Source: Bacteriovoracaceae bacterium (GTDB taxonomy: Bacteria > Bdellovibrionota > Bacteriovoracia > Bacteriovoracales > Bacteriovoracaceae). Taken from it: a DNA stretch of 32,184 nucleotides. Location of the stretch: NCBI GenBank assembly GCA_018649885.1, contig JABIHA010000083.1:1-32184 (forward strand). Reading direction: 5' to 3'. The notes under the pieces are model-generated. The model did not search any database and had not been told where the DNA came from. It saw only the letters and a list, made by a program, of their open reading frames with translations. Shown in pieces: positions 25,750 to 32,184 of this stretch. A program made the position numbers and the translations under genes. Numbering within the stretch: position 1 is the stretch's first letter; each line of letters starts with the position of its first letter.

Positions 25750-27561
25750 ATGAACAAAATTTGGAAAGTATTGGTGATTGTGAGTGTGATGTCTACAGGA
25801 TGTTCCGTAAAAAAAGGTAATGATGGTGGAGGCGGTGGAAACAACCTTACTAAAGCTGAAGTTGGAAGAGAAAAGCTAAGTCCTGAGGGTGATATTGATG
25901 GTGATTTAATATCAAACCAAGATGAGCTAGAGAGGGGAACCTCTCCCTATTTAGGAGATTTTCCGAGATTAAATGTACATTTTCTTCAAAACTATACAGC
26001 AAGTCTTGGAGATGGAAGTGGAGGAGGAACTGGATGGAGTGTTTCCAATCAAAGTGATCAGGGGGATTTTGATTTTAAATATCGCGTTGGAAAACTTTTA
26101 ATACGAAAGGATTCTGAAAAGGAGATGGCCAAATATGTGAGATTCAAAAATGTGCATTACGGTCAGATTCAAGATATTGACTTTACAATGGTTCGATATC
26201 CATTGATTGAAAAGAAAAAGTTTTTGTCAGATGTTTTAAGTTTTTCTTTAAACAAATCAAGCTTTGACATTGATGCAAGTAACTTGACAGTCACTTTTGA
26301 AAATTCAATCGAACTAGAGACAAACCATTTATTTAAAGAGATTAGAAACCTTGAGTTGAATTTTTATTACTACAACCATGAAAAAGAATCTTATGAGCTT
26401 GTGGCCACAGAGTTAGTTGATAGGAGTTTCCAGCCGGGAGTAAAAGAAACTTTTGAGGTTGAATTATCTGCTCTTCCAAATAGATTGATACTAGAGAACT
26501 ATTTGAAGCATGGTGAATTTTTAATTACTGAAGTCAAAAACTTTGAAATTCCTGATTTGAAGACTGATTACATTTCACTTATGAAAAGTATGAGAGCAAA
26601 GAGTATTCCGGTAATTGTTAACAATCCGATTGATACATACATTTATCATGTTGCCACTGGTGGCGGGAATGACAAATTAAACCATTTACTTAGTACTATT
26701 TTTAATAAGGAGTATTACATTGAAGAGAACAGACTTATACAGCTTGGTCAATTTCAAAATTCCACAGAGGAATACACTGAGCTTAGAGAACTTAGGGGAA
26801 AGACTAAAACAGGACAGTGGTTTATTCAAACAACTGAGCTTAAAAATGACCTTTTCTCTCACAGGTTTACCCCAAAGGATAAAATCGTCTTCACTTATGG
26901 GATCGATGATTACATTGCCGAACAGCGGTCTGAAGTCATTACAACCCTATACAGTGATATACATGGAGATGACGGACAAAGGGAAGTTGCTCTAGGAAAT
27001 CTATCAAGAAACTCAAAACTTAAAATTTATTTAAGGCCTAAGAAACATTTTGGAAATTACATTGTTAAGCACGATGATATTTTCCAATCACAAGGGTGCG
27101 GAGGGGGAAATAGAGTTTGTCGTGATTTTAGATGTCACTATGAAAGAAGAGAATTTCATGTACTAAATGAAGACATGGATTTGAGACAAAATTCAACATC
27201 CGATTTTCTTACGTTTTTGGGAATCTCAGTTAATGATCACTATATTTCATTAAAAGACGTGCTAGCAAAGGATGGCGTTTCGATAAATTGGGAAGAAAAG
27301 GATTTAGTAGTCACGATTGATGACATTATGGGGGTCTTTTCTTCAAATGAGTACCGACCAGATGATGTTTTAAAATTAAAGTTTATTTCAAAAAAGTTTA
27401 ATGACTTTAAAGGCATTAAATTTATCAGTGGAACGGGCAGGCATGGAAATTTTATGTGTGGTCCTCAGTTTATCAAGCCTGAAATGAGGGCAAGGAATAT
27501 CACATATTTAAAAAAGGCATCATTCACAGTTAGTAGTTCAATCGAAAATTATTTCAATTAG
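25750..27561 (+). CDS. Large T4SS-operon lipoprotein with a Ca-binding-like DxDGD motif
   Basis: ATG 25750 with GGGAG RBS gives lipobox STGC. Contains DIDGDLISNQDE..RGTSPYLGD. Confidence 0.75.
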   Translation: MNKIWKVLVIVSVMSTGCSVKKGNDGGGGGNNLTKAEVGREKLSPEGDIDGDLISNQDELERGTSPYLGDFPRLNVHFLQNYTASLGDGSGGGTGWSVSNQSDQGDFDFKYRVGKLLIRKDSEKEMAKYVRFKNVHYGQIQDIDFTMVRYPLIEKKKFLSDVLSFSLNKSSFDIDASNLTVTFENSIELETNHLFKEIRNLELNFYYYNHEKESYELVATELVDRSFQPGVKETFEVELSALPNRLILENYLKHGEFLITEVKNFEIPDLKTDYISLMKSMRAKSIPVIVNNPIDTYIYHVATGGGNDKLNHLLSTIFNKEYYIEENRLIQLGQFQNSTEEYTELRELRGKTKTGQWFIQTTELKNDLFSHRFTPKDKIVFTYGIDDYIAEQRSEVITTLYSDIHGDDGQREVALGNLSRNSKLKIYLRPKKHFGNYIVKHDDIFQSQGCGGGNRVCRDFRCHYERREFHVLNEDMDLRQNSTSDFLTFLGISVNDHYISLKDVLAKDGVSINWEEKDLVVTIDDIMGVFSSNEYRPDDVLKLKFISKKFNDFKGIKFISGTGRHGNFMCGPQFIKPEMRARNITYLKKASFTVSSSIENYFN

Positions 27562-27574
27562 ATAAGGAGATCAA

Positions 27575-27847
27575 ATGAAACAAATTTCAAAGGCCCTTAT
27601 AGCAGGGACAGGACTACTTTATCAAAAAATGGCCTTGGCAAATGGCATCAGAATGACTGCTGATCGTTTAGGTCAAGAGGCTTCAAGGATTGGAATTGCT
27701 CTTGGGGTCTTGTTTTTGGTACTCGCAGGAATTCTTCTTGCAATGGGAAAGCAGGAGGGAACTACAAAATTATCTCAGGCCATTTTTGGGTTGGTGGTCA
27801 TTTTGTCGGCCCCTGCACTTGTTAAGTTAATCAAAGCTGTTGTTTGA
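27575..27847 (+). CDS. VirB2/TrbC-like conjugative pilin
   Basis: 90 aa, leader plus two hydrophobic helices separated by a short charged loop. Precedes the VirB3- and VirB4-like genes. AAGGAG RBS. Confidence 0.75.
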   Translation: MKQISKALIAGTGLLYQKMALANGIRMTADRLGQEASRIGIALGVLFLVLAGILLAMGKQEGTTKLSQAIFGLVVILSAPALVKLIKAVV

Positions 27848-27854
27848 GGGGAAT

Positions 27855-28130
27855 ATGAGTTTAAGGTATCCGAAATTTTTATCCAAAGCTCCGAACTTTA
27901 TGGGGCTTGGGCCGAATGAGCTATTTTTGGCCTCAGGTGTTCTTTTAATTTGTTATTTTCTTGGTTTTGATGGCCCAATCTGTCTTGTCCTGGTTTTACT
28001 CACAGTCCTTTCACAAAAAGTCATCTCGCTGGTGATCCCACCTGATTATCTATTTTTAAAACTTATTTCTCCTAAAAGATTGGATTGGGCCAACTTTGAG
28101 AGAATTTTAGAAAAGGGAGACAAAAAGTGA
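27855..28130 (+). CDS. VirB3/TraL-like membrane protein
   Basis: RYPKFLSKAPNFMGL..NEL followed by two TMs. Lies between the pilin and the ATPase. ATG 27855 with GAGGGG RBS. Confidence 0.65.
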   Translation: MSLRYPKFLSKAPNFMGLGPNELFLASGVLLICYFLGFDGPICLVLVLLTVLSQKVISLVIPPDYLFLKLISPKRLDWANFERILEKGDKK

Positions 28131-30004
28131 AGTTTCCACTTTTTTCGATCTCTGGAAATAAACTTGTCTCCTTGAAGGGGGAGGCAAGTTTTCTCTTTAA
28201 AGTGAATCCCCCAGACATAGAGCAATTCTCAGATCATGAGATAGATGCCTTTTATGAGAAAATCCATAGTCACTTTAAGGAATCAGCGGAAGGTGATTTT
28301 TTAAAATTCTTCAAAATTGACGATAACATTTATCTTAATCAATTAAGTAATTCAATGGGAGGACTATCCAACTATTTTACCTCTTGGCATGATGAGTTGC
28401 CGTTATTTTTCGGACAATCAAGTCTTGAGCAAGAAATAACCTTTTTTGAGGATTATTTCATGCTCAATGGAAAGTTTTGTAAGCTTATCAGTCTAATTGA
28501 GCCTCCAAACGATATTTACTCTCAAGAGTTTAATGGTCTTGGGAATTTCATAATTAACTTTAAGGTATTAAATCAGACAAAAGCAAAGGAGAGGGTTTCT
28601 CTTTTGAGACGTTTTCATTTCTCAAAGCTTGCAGCGTCCCTAAAAGATATAAATTCTGAAAAGGCCTTTGAGGATACCGAGGAAATTTTGGAAGAGCTTA
28701 TAAGTGGTGAAGAATTTCTAACAAGTGCTGAGATATTTTTCTTTGTCACTGACACGGATAAGAATGCGGTCGATAGAAAGGCGATGGAAATTTGTGAAAA
28801 GTTAAAACTTCGAGGAGGGAGAGGGCTGGTTGAAGCTGAAGGGCTCGCTTATTTTTTCAACTCACTGGTTCCTGGGGTAAGGACATCATTTAAAAGAGCT
28901 TTGAAAATACCGGGAAGGCATTTGGTGAGGATGCTTCCTTTTTCAAAAGACTTTGTTCATGAAAGTGGGGTTGAGTTTAAAAGCAGAACTTCTAAAGTTA
29001 TTCATCTTGATATTTTTGATAAGGCATCGACGAATTTTAATGTACTGGTAGCAGGTTCATCCGGGCAGGGAAAATCAATGCTTTGTAATAAATTACTTTT
29101 TGAGCACGTAAAGGCAGAAGGCAAGGCCTTAGTTGTTGATCTTGGTGGATCATTTAGAAAAACTGTCAATTTCCTTGGAGGGATTGAGATTTCTGGTTCA
29201 ATAAACCCGCTTTCATTTGATAATCCCAAATATTTAAAGGAATTGATTGTATCAGTTGTAGGTGTGAACAATTTAGGAACAAAGGATCAAGGAAAATTGC
29301 TAAAAGTACTAAAAAAGCATAGGTTTCAAAAGTTCTCAGACCTTCTTTCAACTCTCGAAGCCGAATTTGATGGGATTTCAAATTATTTTGAAGAAGTCTT
29401 ACCGTATTTTGATGATAAAACAGTGAAAACTTCAAATCTTAATTATGTTGATTTTCAAAATATCCCTGAGGTCATGAAGGCACCTTATCTAATATTTATT
29501 TTAGAGTTATTCAAAAACATGAAAGGCAAACGTCTTTTAGTTTTTGATGAGTGTTGGGATTTATTAAAGTCTCATGACAGTTTTATTTCTGAATGCTTTA
29601 GAACCTTTAGAAAGCATAATGCATCGGCCGTAGCGATTTCCCAAAATATCGATGATTTTATGCTCTCTCCTCTAGGTAAGGTTATTTATCAAAACTCCTA
29701 CTATAAGGTGTTATTTAGGCAGGAGGCAGTAGAGTCTAATGTTTTACCACATTTTGAAAGAGAACTGCTGGGTAGCATTTCAAGTGCTAAGGATGAATAT
29801 TGCGAATTTTTGCTTCTCACAGAAACTCACAGGAAGCCAATTCGCTATTTTGCAATAGATCTTGAGTACACACTATTTAATTCATCAAAAGAATTTAATT
29901 TAAAATATTCAAAGTATATGGAGGATTATGAGAACTATCTCGGAACACAAAAGGCAATTTTACACTTTTCTAATCTCTATCATAATGGGCATTTTGCCGA
30001 TTAA
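28127..30004 (+). CDS. VirB4/TraC-like T4SS ATPase
   Basis: NFNVLVAGSSGQGKS (Walker A), VVDLGGSF, LLVFDECW (Walker B), RTFRKHNAS...SQ, IYQNS. Confidence 0.88.
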   Translation: MKFPLFSISGNKLVSLKGEASFLFKVNPPDIEQFSDHEIDAFYEKIHSHFKESAEGDFLKFFKIDDNIYLNQLSNSMGGLSNYFTSWHDELPLFFGQSSLEQEITFFEDYFMLNGKFCKLISLIEPPNDIYSQEFNGLGNFIINFKVLNQTKAKERVSLLRRFHFSKLAASLKDINSEKAFEDTEEILEELISGEEFLTSAEIFFFVTDTDKNAVDRKAMEICEKLKLRGGRGLVEAEGLAYFFNSLVPGVRTSFKRALKIPGRHLVRMLPFSKDFVHESGVEFKSRTSKVIHLDIFDKASTNFNVLVAGSSGQGKSMLCNKLLFEHVKAEGKALVVDLGGSFRKTVNFLGGIEISGSINPLSFDNPKYLKELIVSVVGVNNLGTKDQGKLLKVLKKHRFQKFSDLLSTLEAEFDGISNYFEEVLPYFDDKTVKTSNLNYVDFQNIPEVMKAPYLIFILELFKNMKGKRLLVFDECWDLLKSHDSFISECFRTFRKHNASAVAISQNIDDFMLSPLGKVIYQNSYYKVLFRQEAVESNVLPHFERELLGSISSAKDEYCEFLLLTETHRKPIRYFAIDLEYTLFNSSKEFNLKYSKYMEDYENYLGTQKAILHFSNLYHNGHFAD

Positions 30005-30614
30005 AGGGGCCTACTCAATTGTGGGAGAAGAGACAGCATTAATGATAGAGCTTGTGGCAACAACAATAGGGCAGCTCAATGAGCTAGAAAAGCTTGTAAC
30101 AAATGCAGAAAAGTATACTGAGCGAGTCCAGAAGTATAACGAGCTTGCTGAAGATAAGTATTTTCAGGCAGGGAGGATATTGTATTTGGCAGAAGAGTTG
30201 GCCGCTAAAAAAGAAATTGAAGATTTGGGTGATCTAAATATGGTCATTAGAGATCTTAAGTACACAATGGCAGATTTGAAGGATCAGCTTAAGGAGGTGA
30301 GAAAAATTAAAAATGGGAGTCAGAAATATTTAGATTATTCAAAGGTTGAGACGAAACTTGTCAATAAAAGAAAAAAGGTTGCAGAAAATCAGGTATTAAA
30401 AAGCAGCAAGGCACGAAAAGCAAGTCGCGCTAATCAACTAACCGCCCAAAATACTGCTCTTATCTTAGAAAATCAGGCAAGGATGCATGAAACTCAATTA
30501 AAGGTTTTAGAAAATGCAGCTAAAACAAATAAACTTTTGGGACAAGAGCTTGAAGATATAAAGAAAAAAGAAATTGAAAGAAGAAAATACTATGGTTGGG
30601 AGCAAGAGCTATGA
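29928..30614 (+). CDS. VirB5/TrbJ-like exported coiled-coil protein
   Basis: GGAGG RBS, signal peptide and long coiled coils. Positioned between the VirB4- and VirB6-like genes. Confidence 0.55.
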   Translation: MRTISEHKRQFYTFLISIIMGILPIKGAYSIVGEETALMIELVATTIGQLNELEKLVTNAEKYTERVQKYNELAEDKYFQAGRILYLAEELAAKKEIEDLGDLNMVIRDLKYTMADLKDQLKEVRKIKNGSQKYLDYSKVETKLVNKRKKVAENQVLKSSKARKASRANQLTAQNTALILENQARMHETQLKVLENAAKTNKLLGQELEDIKKKEIERRKYYGWEQEL

Positions 30615-31507
30615 AGGCCAATCCTTTAGTAAATATGCTACTTATTCAGGATAAATCTATTTCGAATTTATTTTCAGAGTTTAGCAAAATCTCCCTTTAT
30701 TTTATTCCAGTTTGTTTTGTTTCCGCCTTAATACTAGAATTCTACGGCAAATTAAATTTTGGAGAAGTAATAAAGCGCCTTGTTATTGCATTGGTAGTAA
30801 CAAGTGCTTTTTACAGCTTTCATAAAATGGCCGTAGAGACTTCGTTTAATGTCGCATATAAGACATTTAAAAAAGTATCACCTCAAAATCTTTTCATAAG
30901 AAAGTGGACTCAAACAAAATTAAAGACCAACCCCCATAAATCTTGGGGGTGGCTTGAAAAAATTTCTATTCCAAATCTCAATGATTTAGTTGCAACATGC
31001 TTTTTTTTGCTCTCTAAAATATTTCTATGGATTCTAAAGCTTATTTTTTCAACTGTTTATCATTTAACATATCTCTTTTCAGGTCTTAGTGCTTGCCTTT
31101 ATCTTTTTCAAGAAACACAGAAATCACTATCTGGAATACTTAGGTCAAGCTTGTGGTGTATAATATTTCCCTTTGTTGTCATAAGTATTCTCTCTTTGGT
31201 TGGAAATTCAATCTCAAGTAGGGCAATACAATCCAAACTCTTATTTACTGATATTGAAGTGATTATTTGGCTTCTTGGGATTTCATTTATTCTTCTTCTC
31301 TCCCCAGCGATAACACTAGCAATAATAGGTAAGGAAGGCATTGGAGGTGCTTCTCCGGCCCTTAGCAACTTCCTTGTAGGGAAGGGGCTTGCTACAATAA
31401 GAACTATTCCTTCAATTCAAAAAGTAATAGTCAGCACACCCCAAACTATTTCTAGGAATTTTTCAAAAGTCTCAAAATATTTACCTAGGACCAGGAGGAA
31501 TAAGTGA
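30611..31507 (+). CDS. VirB6/TrbL-like polytopic membrane protein
   Basis: About 5-6 TM segments, ATGA overlap with the previous gene, operon position. Confidence 0.6.
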   Translation: MKANPLVNMLLIQDKSISNLFSEFSKISLYFIPVCFVSALILEFYGKLNFGEVIKRLVIALVVTSAFYSFHKMAVETSFNVAYKTFKKVSPQNLFIRKWTQTKLKTNPHKSWGWLEKISIPNLNDLVATCFFLLSKIFLWILKLIFSTVYHLTYLFSGLSACLYLFQETQKSLSGILRSSLWCIIFPFVVISILSLVGNSISSRAIQSKLLFTDIEVIIWLLGISFILLLSPAITLAIIGKEGIGGASPALSNFLVGKGLATIRTIPSIQKVIVSTPQTISRNFSKVSKYLPRTRRNK

Positions 31508-31962
31508 TACCTTATAAATTTGAAAATTTCGAGAAATCCTTTTTATCACAAAATAAACTTTTAAAGCTAAGTTTGTTGCTACTTATCATTGTATTTTCTC
31601 TAATCATTTTCTTTGTCAGCTCAAAAAAGAGTTATTTCTTATACCAAGGGGGTGAAGTTTTTAATGAAAGGCCTCTTGCTGTGGAAGTATGTAAAAGGGC
31701 CTTTGATTCAATCGCTATAAGGGAGCCACATCCTTATTTTGTTCATAAGGAAATTATTAAACTTCTTGAAAACGAGAGCTTTAATGTGGAATTTGATGAG
31801 TATTTTCTAGCAAAATCTACGAGGAAGGATAAATGCAAGTTAATCACCAAGGGTAAAAGTGGACTTCGTAGCTTTATTGTCAGTTTACAAGGAAAAGATG
31901 ATTTCCCCTTCTTTTATAAACTTGTCCAAATTGATGAAGTTGAAGATAAGGAGAATATATGA
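31504..31962 (+). CDS. VirB8/TraE-like bitopic protein
   Basis: Single N-terminal TM plus a small alpha/beta domain. AGGAGG RBS, operon position. Confidence 0.5.
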   Translation: MIPYKFENFEKSFLSQNKLLKLSLLLLIIVFSLIIFFVSSKKSYFLYQGGEVFNERPLAVEVCKRAFDSIAIREPHPYFVHKEIIKLLENESFNVEFDEYFLAKSTRKDKCKLITKGKSGLRSFIVSLQGKDDFPFFYKLVQIDEVEDKENI

Positions 31963-32081
31963 GCCTTTTTATTTTAAAAAACCACATTGTAAATTTATAT
32001 CTTTGCTTTGGCATGATCACTACCTTGAGTTTTGATAGTGAAATTATCTCATATATGTACGGAGGTGGTTTTTGCAGTTGA
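31959..32081 (+). pseudogene. Truncated VirB9/TraK-like gene, interrupted at about 32066
   Basis: AAGGAG RBS and ATGA coupling. MSLFILKNHIVNLYLCFGMITTLSFDSEIISYMYGG then stops inside an IS-end-like sequence after 40 codons. Confidence 0.5.
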
Positions 32082-32184
32082 AAAGTCATCCACTGTAACG
32101 GCCGAATTATCACCCACCCCGTGGTTAAATTAAATTCCTCTTTTCAATCATTTAGATTCTCTTCTTCTTAATTTTAAAGGAGCA
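32066..32184 (+). mobile_element. Left end of a putative IS21-family insertion sequence
   Basis: 5'-TG terminus, AAAAGTCATCCAC (32081-32093) and AATTATCACCCAC (32105-32117) repeated at a 24-bp period, and an AAAGGAG RBS at the window edge where istA would start. Confidence 0.6.

Larger units (their letters stand above)
16017..32184. mobile_element. Putative integrative conjugative element / genomic island at the tRNA-Cys 3' end (right end outside the window)
   Basis: Begins directly after a tRNA and has arm-site-like direct repeats, an XRE regulator, AT-rich defence-like cargo and a VirB2/3/4/5/6/8-like operon. Integrase, relaxase and the second att site are not in the window. Confidence 0.75.

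Overview
Bacterial chromosomal segment, probably Bdellovibrionota/Bacteriovoracia (inferred from a DUF222-like HNH protein, a TIGR02147-like regulator and many unknown lipoproteins). The left half (1-16016) is mostly core genome: a secreted EF-hand repeat protein, queA, tgt, a cyclic-nucleotide-gated K+ channel, yajC-tatA-secD-secF, two hypothetical proteins, an HNH endonuclease with repeat-rich non-coding flanks, a GH114 lipoprotein, a 97-bp tandem repeat, a Cys-rich lipoprotein, ihfB and tRNA-Cys(GCA). Right after the tRNA a putative integrative conjugative element starts and runs off the window end. It carries an XRE regulator with palindromic operators and two probable two-gene defence cassettes: a tandem pair of HEPN-like paralogues, and a ThsB-type TIR with a membrane-anchored partner that I cannot assign to a known effector class. 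It also carries a regulator / Gly-tailed secreted protein / four-metalloprotease module and a compact type IV secretion operon. The virB9-like gene of that operon appears to be interrupted by the left end of an IS21-family element. All family assignments are by eye from motifs; no searches were run.
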